From NCBI GenBank assembly GCA_965223295.1, contig CBDCWC010000003.1, forward strand, positions 1-64,000: a DNA stretch of 64,000 nt, given 5' to 3'. The translations under genes and the position numbers were made by a program. The notes under the pieces are model-generated. The model did not search any database. It saw nothing but the letters and a program-made list of their open reading frames with translations, and was not told the origin of the DNA. Position 1 is the first letter of the stretch; every line of letters begins with the position of its first letter. Origin of the DNA: Nitrospirales bacterium (GTDB taxonomy: Bacteria > Nitrospirota > Nitrospiria > Nitrospirales > UBA8639). Positions 1 through 9,321 of the stretch are shown in pieces.

Positions 1-462
1 GGTGGCTGTGGAAACATAGATGGGTTTACAAGCCCTGCTAATGCTTCTGACGGCCAATTCCGAGTTGAGGGTATGGTGGAAGAATTCGCCTTGAAGTGGA
101 GAGGACTCGCAGTTCAACACGAGTATCATTGGAAGCAAATCAAAGACTCCACTCTCCCAAAAGGAAACAATAAGACAAATCTTATGGGAAGTTATTCACA
201 AATTTCCTACTTTCCCCATTATCTGATTCCAGCAATTCCTAAGCCGTTAGAAGTGGGATTTCGATACGCGTTTGTGGATCCAAATGTTTCAGTTAAACAT
301 GATAAACGTCAAGAATTCACCGGAGTGCTGAACTGGTTTTTTGCAGGCCACCGGAACAAACTGACGCTAGATGGTTCCTGGCTGACACTGGACCAGCCTC
401 GCGGTCTTGGTGGCAATCAACACGAGCAGCGTATTCGCCTCCAGTGGGATGTTTCGTTTTAA
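1..462 (+). CDS. Outer-membrane porin, probably phosphate-selective OprO/OprP type (3' part, truncated by window start)
   Basis: Frame open from base 1; alternating beta-strand pattern, ends RIRLQWDVSF with terminal Phe; phosphate-gene context. Confidence 0.65.
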   Translation, partial: GGCGNIDGFTSPANASDGQFRVEGMVEEFALKWRGLAVQHEYHWKQIKDSTLPKGNNKTNLMGSYSQISYFPHYLIPAIPKPLEVGFRYAFVDPNVSVKHDKRQEFTGVLNWFFAGHRNKLTLDGSWLTLDQPRGLGGNQHEQRIRLQWDVSF

Positions 463-514
463 ACTACCACGTCATATACAATGGGAACGAAAGGCACTCC
501 TCCTCTCTTCCCAC

Positions 515-554
515 AAAAACCCCATCCGAGTTTCCGTTCTCGGATGGGGTTTTT
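515..554. terminator. Bidirectional intrinsic terminator
   Basis: AAAAACCCCATCCGAG-8nt-CTCGGATGGGGTTTTT between convergent genes. Confidence 0.85.
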
Positions 555-620
555 AGTCACAGCAAAATGTCTTTCAGGAGATGAGTCCTTTCCTCCTGTT
601 GGTCCATGCAAATAGCCATA

Positions 621-1268
621 TTATTGGGACTGTTTCAATAGTTCCTTATACCGAATGGCCACCTGCCAAGGCTTCCCCTTCAATCGACCGCCAATTTCGC
701 CCTCTGGCGCATTTACCACAAATTTTTGTGGCTCGAAGACTAAGCGGCCAGGCTGCGGTTCCATTTGTTCGAGTGGGCGAGCTCGATACGAGGCCTCGTA
801 GTTCTCACTATCCTGCCAAATAGGCGTTTTCACAGAAAAATTGCTTAATACAACGTGCAGGTTCTCTCCAGCGACAAACAAGCCACCTGACGTGGTGAGC
901 TGATGCTCTTCGCCCAGCTCGGCTGTTTCGAAAAATGTCACCATTTCTTCTGGAGTGGCTTTTTCCAACGCTTTCACAAAATGAGGGACAAACAGACGAA
1001 TTTCTGTATCGCTTAACGCGGCATATTGTTTCGAAGCCAACAAGCCCCGCTCTACACGAAGACCTTGTAGCAAACGGGTCATTTCCTCTGCAGTAAATGT
1101 GACAGGATGACTATAGCCTTTGCCCTCATAGGCATCAGGCATCACCTGCAACGCCACAACACGATCGGGACTATCAAAAATTTTCAATGTTTGAAATTGA
1201 GGAGTACTACAGGCCACCACAGACCACATCAAACCGACAACAACTCCGATGACAACACTTTGTCTCAT
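621..1268 (-). CDS. Hypothetical lipoprotein
   Basis: 215 aa ORF, GGAGG RBS, signal peptide ending VVAC lipobox. Confidence 0.7.
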   Translation of the reverse strand: MRQSVVIGVVVGLMWSVVACSTPQFQTLKIFDSPDRVVALQVMPDAYEGKGYSHPVTFTAEEMTRLLQGLRVERGLLASKQYAALSDTEIRLFVPHFVKALEKATPEEMVTFFETAELGEEHQLTTSGGLFVAGENLHVVLSNFSVKTPIWQDSENYEASYRARPLEQMEPQPGRLVFEPQKFVVNAPEGEIGGRLKGKPWQVAIRYKELLKQSQ

Positions 1269-1456
1269 TCACGCCCTCCTTTAAAGATCTGTCTTAATTA
1301 CATCATTTTTCTGCTAGCAAATTGTACTCAATAGCTATGCACAACGCAGCTTTTCTCCAAAGATTTAACAAAAACGACTTCGGTTTGAAATCGATTCGTC
1401 ATTTTCCCATTGTATTCTTTGGATAAAAAATAACTATAACAAGGAGAAAAAGACGA

Positions 1457-1840
1457 ATGGTACGTGTAGAACAACTTATGACTCGAGATCTGGCCTGCAT
1501 TGACTCAACCCAAGCTGTCTCGACAGCCGCAAACATGATGCGCAATCGAAAAATTGGCAGCTTGCTCGTAACGCAAGATTCGGAACTCATCGGCATTGTC
1601 ACGGAAAGCGATATTGTACGAAAAGTCGTGGCCTTTCATCTTTCACCAGAATTTGTGCAGATCAAGCAGATCATGAGCACGCCGGTTGTCAGCATCGACG
1701 AAACCGAATCCATTTTTGAAGCTGCAGGTATTATGAAATCCTCAGGTACACGGCACCTTGCCGTGGGTGACGAGGATCGCGTGGTAGGCATGTTATCGGT
1801 TCGGGATTTGTTATCCCCTGTTTCACGGGATGAGTTGTAA
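1457..1840 (+). CDS. CBS-domain pair protein
   Basis: Two CBS motifs (IGSLLV..LIGIVTESDI; RHLAV..VVGMLSVRDL); AGGAG RBS. Confidence 0.9.
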   Translation: MVRVEQLMTRDLACIDSTQAVSTAANMMRNRKIGSLLVTQDSELIGIVTESDIVRKVVAFHLSPEFVQIKQIMSTPVVSIDETESIFEAAGIMKSSGTRHLAVGDEDRVVGMLSVRDLLSPVSRDEL

Positions 1841-1841
1841 G

Positions 1842-2360
1842 ATGAAAAATATGACCTCTCGAATCTCCCCCAACTTGTTTCAGCCATCGTTTCGAGATCC
1901 ATCATGGCTCTCACAAATCTTGGCAACCGATCTTTCACACTTATGGATGAAAGGCATCAAGGTTGTCCTGAGTCTCTTAATCATGACCATTCTGTTGGGC
2001 CTCACGGGAGGAGTTCTTCGGATTCTCATGAATCTCCAGAATCTTTTCAGTCACCCGATTGAACAGGCCTTGCGCCATCTGATCGTTGATACCCTCATCA
2101 TCCTCGCGATTGTAGAAGTCTTTAAGACGACCTTAACCTACTTTTCAGAAGGACGCGTAAAAGTCACATTTATTGTTGACACAATTTTGGTGGTCATGCT
2201 CACCGAAATTATTTCCAAATGGTTCTCGGAAGCACCAGCGTCACAATGGATAACCCTAGGGGGAATTTTGATGGTTTTAGCCATTATTCGCGTTGTGGCA
2301 GTGCAATGGTCTCCCACCAAATCAGATTTTCATGGAGAGTCAACCCTTTCCAGCACCTAA
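1842..2360 (+). CDS. psiE: Phosphate-starvation-inducible PsiE family membrane protein
   Basis: 4 TM helices, VEVFKT..YF.EGRVKVTFIVDT motif; start uncertain (1830/1842/1851). Confidence 0.75.
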   Translation: MKNMTSRISPNLFQPSFRDPSWLSQILATDLSHLWMKGIKVVLSLLIMTILLGLTGGVLRILMNLQNLFSHPIEQALRHLIVDTLIILAIVEVFKTTLTYFSEGRVKVTFIVDTILVVMLTEIISKWFSEAPASQWITLGGILMVLAIIRVVAVQWSPTKSDFHGESTLSST

Positions 2361-2435
2361 CCATTTTTTTTGAAAAGCCGTTCATGGATTTTTCATTTGG
2401 GACAGAACACATGACTCTAGACAAAGGAAATGCAC

Positions 2436-2540
2436 ATGGAACAACTACTTCACATTTTTCTCCTTTGGACCTTAGGCAGTTTGGTGCTTGGATTTGGCCT
2501 CGGCCAAGCTCTTAGGGTTTTTAAGAACTCTGAAAAGTGA
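2436..2540 (+). CDS. Putative 34-aa single-TM small protein
   Basis: AAGGA RBS, MEQLLHIFLLWTLGSLVLGFGLGQALRVFKNSEK*. Confidence 0.35.
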   Translation: MEQLLHIFLLWTLGSLVLGFGLGQALRVFKNSEK

Positions 2541-2717
2541 GTCTTGCCCCCGAAATGAATCTCACCTCACCACCCATAGTGCAGGACTAAGAAATTTCCC
2601 AAGGCTAACTGGAGACAATCCTCGACAATCTCTCAAAATCCGAGAGATCATAAATAAGTCAATAAAACGAGCACGACGCTCCATAATTGAGAGCACCTTT
2701 GCCTAACACGCAAATGT

Positions 2718-3133
2718 ATGAATTATCACATTGTCTTTATATGCATTGATAATTCCTGCTGCAGTCAAACGGCTGAGGGTTGGCTAAATCATTTACATAA
2801 AGAGCAGCTTCAAGCCTATAGCGCCGGAATACTCATGAAACCAATTCATGAATATACTCTTACCGTTAGAAGGAAAATAATATTGACATTGACCATCATA
2901 CAAAAAAATCCATTTTTACAATCCCTCTAGAACGTTTGACCCATATCATTTCCGTCTGCAATCAAGCTCAAAAAGTCTGTCCGCCATGCCTTTCGGAGAT
3001 AGCCTATATTCATTGGGATCTTCCAGATCCATGCGACCATCCTGGCTCGGACATAGAATGACTTCAAGCATTTCGCAATGTCAGAGATCAGCTTGGTGAA
3101 TATGTACGTGGCCTATTGATGAGACTTGAATAG
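2718..3133 (+). pseudogene. arsC: Arsenate reductase (LMW-PTPase family ArsC) pseudogene
   Basis: IVFICIDNSCCSQTAEGW..YSAG, frameshift near 2865, then ISVC..CP..HWDLPDP, in-frame TGA 3059-3061, FRNVRDQL. Confidence 0.8.
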
Positions 3134-3599
3134 CAGACAGTATCCTTCATGATCTTAGAGCCACAGAATACCTCAGGCTTCACATTTGATATCAGGAGCC
3201 CTTTGTCTCTATAGCCCTGACCTATGCCTTCTCTTCAGACATGTTATTTATTGCAAAGCCTCCCCATAAATGCCTGCACACTGATTCCAAAATAATCATC
3301 ACCCCCTGAACTCACTTATGGTCACCGCCCTTCTTGTTCTCTCCCATTCTGCAGAAGCTACACTAGATTCATTTGTCGTGTGTGTCGGCAATGAAACACA
3401 CCTTAGACAAACAACGTCTTGAATGACTTCTGAGAATCATTCAAATAGATTGTCCGTAGAAAAAACTGCAGTGGGCCTCATTTCTTTTTCTAAAAAAGGC
3501 AGACATCCGTAAAGGCTTTTTTAGAATGGGAGATACCCCCAGCGCAGCTTCGAGCTGCTGCGCATGGGTAGACAAAAGCCAGGGGAGAAACTGTGGAAA

Positions 3600-3992
3600 T
3601 TACTGAACAGCTGAATCGTTAGAGGCCATTTTTAAACTCCCATTGACCAAGACGCCTTCTTCAAGCAAAAAGACCGGGGACTCAATCGTCCCATCAACTT
3701 TTGAAGGCGCCAACAATTCAATCTTTTCCTTCGCCGAAATATCTCCACTGAGTGGACCTTGTGCTACGATGTGCTTGGCATTCATGGTCGCTTCAATTTT
3801 TCCATCTTTGCCTACTTGAATTAGGTCGCTTCCAAACACTTCTCCTTCAACAAATCCATCGATACGCATCATTCCCTGGACTTTCAAGACACCCTTTAAC
3901 CGGCATTTTTGACCTAAATACATTTGATAGCCTTCTTCGGCCAGTGCATCTGTCGCGGGGTGAATCATCGTCGTTGACTTTTCATTTTCCAT
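3600..3992 (-). CDS. Bactofilin (polymer-forming cytoskeletal protein)
   Basis: MRIDGFVEGEV..VGKDGKIEA..KIELLAPSKVDGTI..LEEGVLVNGSLKM beta-helix pattern. Confidence 0.9.
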   Translation of the reverse strand: MENEKSTTMIHPATDALAEEGYQMYLGQKCRLKGVLKVQGMMRIDGFVEGEVFGSDLIQVGKDGKIEATMNAKHIVAQGPLSGDISAKEKIELLAPSKVDGTIESPVFLLEEGVLVNGSLKMASNDSAVQ

Positions 3993-4186
3993 CACATCCT
4001 CCTCTGTTAGTCCTGTCATTCAAGAGTTTTGGCGATGAGCGTCGAGCCAACAACCCTCTCGATTTCTTTATGAACAAACAGAGTATGGAAGCAACGGAAA
4101 CAGAAACCATTCCTCTTTGGAGGGACTGACAGACAAGCACTGCAGCTTTTTGAGAACGAACCAAATTTTAGAAAAATTGGCAAGAA

Positions 4187-5179
4187 CTACAAAAGAGCAG
4201 ATAAGAAGAGGTACAACAGGATTGCGATGAGAGCAGCTCCAGGAAGTGTACATATCCAAGCATAGACAATACGTCGAGTTACACCCCAACGGACAGCCGA
4301 GAGACGATTCACCGCGCCGACTCCCATGACTGATGACGTTATGGTATGGGTGGTGCTGACAGGAAGACCAATGTGCGCCGTCGCCATCAATACCGCAGCC
4401 GCGCCAGTTTCAGCAGCAAATCCATGGACGGGTTCCAACTTCGCAATTCCCATCCCCAAAGTACGAATAATTTTCCATCCACCAAGTGCCGTACCCAATC
4501 CCATTGCTAGCGCACAGGAGATAATGACCCATTGCGGGACTTCTGCTGAAGAAATATGTCCGGCCGAGAGGAGTGCCAAGGTGATAATTCCCATAGCCTT
4601 TTGCGCATCGTTTGCCCCATGACTGAGTGCCATGAACCCAGCAGAGATCAATTGGAGACGGCGGAACAAGACCATCGCAAATCCTCGCGGGGTTCGAAAA
4701 AACATCCAACTCAAGACAACCATCAAAATAAAAGCAATTAAAAATCCAAAAAATGGCGAAAACACCATCGCCTTCAACACTTTGACTAGTCCACCGATCT
4801 GCAAAACATCCACGCCGCCATGTATAAACCCTGCGCCAATCATCCCGCCGATCAAGGCATGAGATGAACTCGAAGGCAAGCCCATACTGAGCGTAATGAA
4901 GTTCCAAATGATGGCGCCCCCCAATGCTGATACGATCACCACGTCGTTTACAGCGCCCGGATCAATAATCCCTTTGCCCACCATTTTTGCAACGGCGGTA
5001 GACAGAAAGGCTCCCACCACATTCAGCACGCCAGCCATCACGACGGCGGTCACAGGACTGAGTACGCGAGTTGAGATAACCGTCGCCACTGCGTTGGCGC
5101 TATCATGCCATCCGTTCGAAAAATCAAACAGCAGGGCCAATGCAATAACCAACAACAATAAAATACTAAAATCGGCCAC
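4187..5179 (-). CDS. pit: Inorganic phosphate transporter, PiT family
   Basis: NGWHDSANAVAT, GLPSSSSHALIG, HGANDAQK, PVSTTH motifs. Confidence 0.95.
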   Translation of the reverse strand: MADFSILLLLVIALALLFDFSNGWHDSANAVATVISTRVLSPVTAVVMAGVLNVVGAFLSTAVAKMVGKGIIDPGAVNDVVIVSALGGAIIWNFITLSMGLPSSSSHALIGGMIGAGFIHGGVDVLQIGGLVKVLKAMVFSPFFGFLIAFILMVVLSWMFFRTPRGFAMVLFRRLQLISAGFMALSHGANDAQKAMGIITLALLSAGHISSAEVPQWVIISCALAMGLGTALGGWKIIRTLGMGIAKLEPVHGFAAETGAAAVLMATAHIGLPVSTTHTITSSVMGVGAVNRLSAVRWGVTRRIVYAWICTLPGAALIAILLYLFLSALL

Positions 5180-5246
5180 GTGAGCTTATGGAGGATAGCA
5201 AGAAGGAAGAACCACAGAACGTGAGTAATCAGAAGACCTTTGAATG

Positions 5247-5864
5247 TTAGCCATGCTTTAACGCAATGCGTTCCAGGACATTCACGACATCTTCACAGCA
5301 ATCCGTGCCCATCTCAAAGTTTTCATAAATTTCTTTCCATTTCATCACCATTTTGGGATCTGATTCTTCTTCAAATAATGTGGAAATGGCTTCTCGGCTC
5401 AATTCATCAGCTTCATTTTCTAAACTATTCACGCGAATCGCGCAATCCTTAATATCCCAATTTTTTTCTAGCAGTAGCCCTATCCCCTTCCCAGCCTCCT
5501 TCGCGGCTTCATGAAGAATCTCAGCCAATTTACAGGCCGTCGGGGTTGGATGCTCAATTTTAAAGACTCGAAATAATATGGCCACCGCATCGATTTCGTC
5601 CAGAATATCATCTAACGCACTAGCCAAAGCATGAATATCTTCACGGTCGAGTGGCGTAATAAATGTTTTGTTGAGCTTATGAAACAGGTCGTGGGTCAAC
5701 CCATCGCCTTTATGCTCCAACTCCTTAATCCGTTTAATCTTCGTTTCAGAATCTTCAAAATTGTTCATTAAGTCTTTGAGACACTGCCCTGCCTCCACGA
5801 CATTTTCAGAAGCCTGGTGAAATAAATCAAAAAACCCTGTTTCGCTCGGCATAAAACCCCACAT
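5247..5864 (-). CDS. DUF47 / PhoU-like phosphate transport regulator
   Basis: IKELEHKGD..TFITPLDREDI..LENEAD..TDCCEDV; directly upstream of pit. Confidence 0.9.
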   Translation of the reverse strand: MWGFMPSETGFFDLFHQASENVVEAGQCLKDLMNNFEDSETKIKRIKELEHKGDGLTHDLFHKLNKTFITPLDREDIHALASALDDILDEIDAVAILFRVFKIEHPTPTACKLAEILHEAAKEAGKGIGLLLEKNWDIKDCAIRVNSLENEADELSREAISTLFEEESDPKMVMKWKEIYENFEMGTDCCEDVVNVLERIALKHG

Positions 5865-5893
5865 ACACAATCTCCTTAAAACAAAACGATAAC

Positions 5894-6081
5894 GGGAATA
5901 TTGAAAAAATCCGCCAGCGGTGTTCCCTGCCTTCGCCGGGCCTACTTCGCCGTAGTGACTACGAAGGCTGAAAGCGGCTTCGCACAGGCGAGCGGACTTT
6001 TTTGACTATTCCCATCGCATTGAAGTCATCATGGCTCTGAAGGCCTTGTCGTAACTTGAAATTGCATTATTCTACAGTTCT
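5894..6081 (-). mobile_element. MITE-like repeat, copy 1 (divergent core)
   Basis: Reverse complement shares GAACTGTAGAATAATGCAATTTCAAGTTACGA, GACTTCAATGCGATGGGAATAGTCAAAAAA and GAACACCGCTGGCGGATTTTTTCAATATTCCC with copy at 56204. Confidence 0.7.
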
Positions 6082-6328
6082 GTAACGAGAAAAATGACTA
6101 TTTTAGGGAACCTCACAATAGCAGATTTGGATCCTCCAAAAATCTGGCAGAATCAACCGACAATGTATGTGTGACAATGTTAGAGGTATATGAGAGGAAA
6201 CACTAAAACTACAAGGGAATACCAAAAAGACCGAGCCTATTCTCCCTTGTTGATTCAACGAGAAGAGAGAGTATTCCACAAAGGAGGAGATGATAGCTAG
6301 AGGGGTCTCAGAATCCGTCCCTATTCAC

Positions 6329-7888
6329 TTAAGCAGCATCTTTCGAGCCGACCGCGTTAGGATGTAATTTAATTTGACAACGAAAGATTTTTTCAAAAAG
6401 TTTTTTCCTGCGTTCCGTAGTCCACAACTCCAGTTCCGGGTCATATCGAAAACTGACGTCTAATCGAAGCGGTTTTCCCAATTGAACCTTCACCGATCGA
6501 ATCACCGAAAAATGTGTCCGGTCCAACCCATCCGCGATACGAAGAATGGCACTCAACTCTAGGACTTTCTTCCGGTCTCCGGCATTAAGCAACTTAAAAC
6601 CAGCATGGTGAGTCTTTGGGACTGCCCGCCGATGATAGCGTGCAACATTAGCGATGATTCGAATTTCATCTAGCGAAAATCCTGGCAAATCTGCATGAGC
6701 AATCAAATAGTAAGTATGCTTATGATGTTGATTTTCTTGGATATGATGCCCAATGTCGTGAAGGAAGGAGGCATATTCTAACCACTCTCGCTCCGTCTCC
6801 CCCATCCCATGGATGGATTGGGTTTGATCAAAAAGACTCAATGCCAGTTTCGCCGTATGATGAGAATGAATTTTAGGATATTGATAGCGGCGGGCCAGCA
6901 GTAAGATTTGGCGACGGCGCACGCTCGGAATTTCCTGTTCGGCCTTTATGCCTTCGTAATGTCGTTGTATAAAATCGTAGATCACACCTTCTCGAACGGC
7001 TTTATCGCTAATGCGAACGTCCTTCGCCCCAATACATTCCATCAGTACACGCAGCACCATAACACCAGGATACAAGGTATCCACACGTCGAGGATCCAAT
7101 CCTAAAATTTTCAATCGACCTTCCGTATCTTTCGTCCGTAAGAGTTGTTCCACTTCTTTGATCGCCTTCAAGTCAATCAGCGCCATGTCAATCTTCGTTA
7201 GCGGCTGACCTGTTTGCGCCAAATAAATAATTTCAGCTAAATTTCCCGCCATGCCTGAGGTCGCGACCAAGGAGCCTAACAAAACAGGTTTTTTGCTTAC
7301 CAACGATTTCTTGATGGTTTGTGCGACTGACTGCTCCATTCGTTGAACAGTTTTCTTATCAGGAGGATCCGTTTTGAGATACTGATCCTTCAATCGAATA
7401 GCGCCTAGCTTCAGACTCCGTACAAACTTGAGGCGCTTGGGAGTACAAGCCATGAGTTCGACCGACCCCCCGCCAATATCGACAATCATGGCTGGCGATT
7501 CTGATAGATCCATACTATGCCGCACGCCTAAATAAATGAGCCGCGCTTCTTCTTCTCCCGTGATCACACGAATCTTCAAGCCTAATTCTTTGCGAACCAA
7601 CTTGATGAAATCTCCGCCATTTTTTGATTCACGGACCGCGCTCGTGGCTACCGGAAGAATGGTATCAATTCCCTTATTCTTGGCTAACAGAGCAAACCGA
7701 TTGAGGACAGCGAGTCCTCGCTCCATAGCTTCAGAAGAAAGCCGCCGCGACGTAAAGGTTCCATCACCAAGTCTGGCCATTTCCTTAATTCGGTCAACAA
7801 CTTTATAAGAGAACTTTTTCCCAATTTCCGCCAATATCATATGAATAGAATTAGTCCCAATATCAATCACAGCCAGTCGTTTCATCAT
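6329..7888 (-). CDS. ppx: Exopolyphosphatase Ppx/GppA with C-terminal HD domain
   Basis: AVIDIGTNSIH, ATSAVRE, GEEEARL, DIGGGSVE, LHDIG motifs. Confidence 0.95.
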   Translation of the reverse strand: MMKRLAVIDIGTNSIHMILAEIGKKFSYKVVDRIKEMARLGDGTFTSRRLSSEAMERGLAVLNRFALLAKNKGIDTILPVATSAVRESKNGGDFIKLVRKELGLKIRVITGEEEARLIYLGVRHSMDLSESPAMIVDIGGGSVELMACTPKRLKFVRSLKLGAIRLKDQYLKTDPPDKKTVQRMEQSVAQTIKKSLVSKKPVLLGSLVATSGMAGNLAEIIYLAQTGQPLTKIDMALIDLKAIKEVEQLLRTKDTEGRLKILGLDPRRVDTLYPGVMVLRVLMECIGAKDVRISDKAVREGVIYDFIQRHYEGIKAEQEIPSVRRRQILLLARRYQYPKIHSHHTAKLALSLFDQTQSIHGMGETEREWLEYASFLHDIGHHIQENQHHKHTYYLIAHADLPGFSLDEIRIIANVARYHRRAVPKTHHAGFKLLNAGDRKKVLELSAILRIADGLDRTHFSVIRSVKVQLGKPLRLDVSFRYDPELELWTTERRKKLFEKIFRCQIKLHPNAVGSKDAA

Positions 7889-8253
7889 GTGTCCCTGTTT
7901 TCCTGAAAAGTTTTTTCCTCGTGGATCGACAGCTTAAGACGATACCCTAAACCCCAGACGGTTTCAATCACACAACCGTGATTTCCCAAAGTGCTCAACT
8001 TCCGTCGCAGCCGCACAATATGGGAATCGACGGTTCGGGATTCAACGGTCACATCGTTCCCCCACACAGCCTCCAATAGCTCTTGACGAGAGACAAGATA
8101 AGGCTGGCGTTGCACCAGGCACAAAAATAACCGAAATTCCAGACGGGTCAATTGCAGAGAAGAGTCACAGATTCTCACCTTTCGAGTCTGGGGATCTAAG
8201 ATGAGATTGGGGATATTCTGAGAGTTTGATAAGGCGGGATTGTTGGTGGACAT
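7885..8253 (-). CDS. Stand-alone OmpR/PhoB-type winged-helix DNA-binding protein (no receiver domain)
   Basis: LTRLEFRL..VSRQELLEAVWG..RTVDSHIVRLRRKL..IETVWGLGYRL; stop overlaps ppx start. Confidence 0.85.
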   Translation of the reverse strand: MSTNNPALSNSQNIPNLILDPQTRKVRICDSSLQLTRLEFRLFLCLVQRQPYLVSRQELLEAVWGNDVTVESRTVDSHIVRLRRKLSTLGNHGCVIETVWGLGYRLKLSIHEEKTFQENRDT

Positions 8254-8393
8254 GCCGACAAAGATCTCCCCTTCCGTGAAAGGAATACGGGCCCACCATA
8301 CCCACCGCATATCTCTTCGGCATTATGTGAATGTTACAAGTAGGTAAACATCTTCCAGGAAGAATCGGAGGAACACTGATAAGAGACCAACCA

Positions 8394-9209
8394 TTAAAAA
8401 CCCGTTTCACGAGCGATGCTGTCGACAATAGCACAATTTCCAAATAACGCATCAACCTTGTTCGCAAGAGAAGACGCACGCAACTCCATGCGCCCGCCAG
8501 CCTCTTCAATTAACACCTGGGTCGCAAGAATATCCCAGGGATTTAAGCCGGGGTCGAACATGGCTTCCAGCGAGCCATTGACCACCAAACTATGGCCAAA
8601 ACAATCCGTGTAAGCTCTGACATATCCTGATAAACCCAGTAAGCGCTGATAGTCATCTTCACGCCCGGTCTCCTGAAATTGTGCAAGATCACCAACCCCG
8701 ATCATGGCATCCTGCAGCTCTTGACCAGGTGAAAGCCGCAAAGTTTCGCCCTGGCACATCGCCCCTTGTCCCTTTGCAGCAGAATAGGTCATTCCCAACA
8801 TCGGTAAATGAATAACACCGATTAATGAAATGTCGCTTTGCGTATCAACTAAACCAACGATGGTTCCAAATAAAGGAATGCCATGCACATAAGACCGCGT
8901 TCCATCAATAGGGTCGACTACCCACCGCCAACGCGTACCAGATCCTTGAAGGCCGTGTTCTTCTCCCAGAATATCTAAGGGACCACCTTCTGCTTGGCTC
9001 AGTAAATGATGGCGAATGACTTCTTCGGCCTCTCGGTCGGCTTGTGTCACCGGAGAACCATCGTGTTTTTTTTCAACCTCGAGATCCCTTCGCCGAAAAT
9101 AGGCTTGAAGGGGAATCGCCGCGGCCTCTGCGGCGCCGATGGCCGTCTTCAACAATTGCTGTAGTTGGGAATTAGATAAATCCGAATCCAAAGAAATGTT
9201 CCTCACCAA
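8394..9209 (-). CDS. Inositol monophosphatase family (HisN-like) phosphatase
   Basis: VTQADREAE, GEE, DPIDGT, NPWDILA motifs. Confidence 0.9.
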   Translation of the reverse strand: MVRNISLDSDLSNSQLQQLLKTAIGAAEAAAIPLQAYFRRRDLEVEKKHDGSPVTQADREAEEVIRHHLLSQAEGGPLDILGEEHGLQGSGTRWRWVVDPIDGTRSYVHGIPLFGTIVGLVDTQSDISLIGVIHLPMLGMTYSAAKGQGAMCQGETLRLSPGQELQDAMIGVGDLAQFQETGREDDYQRLLGLSGYVRAYTDCFGHSLVVNGSLEAMFDPGLNPWDILATQVLIEEAGGRMELRASSLANKVDALFGNCAIVDSIARETGF

Positions 9210-9321
9210 AAATATTTACTCTAGCATCTTCTTCTTCAGCTTACCAAAATTTTTCTTTCGCATGATGGCTGGATAGGATACAACTCGGTTTCTACCATGC
9301 AGAAGAGAGCCGTTATGATGT

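Noticed and set aside
3059-3061. In-frame TGA in arsC as selenocysteine
   Set aside because: Not at a Cys position, and the gene has other lesions
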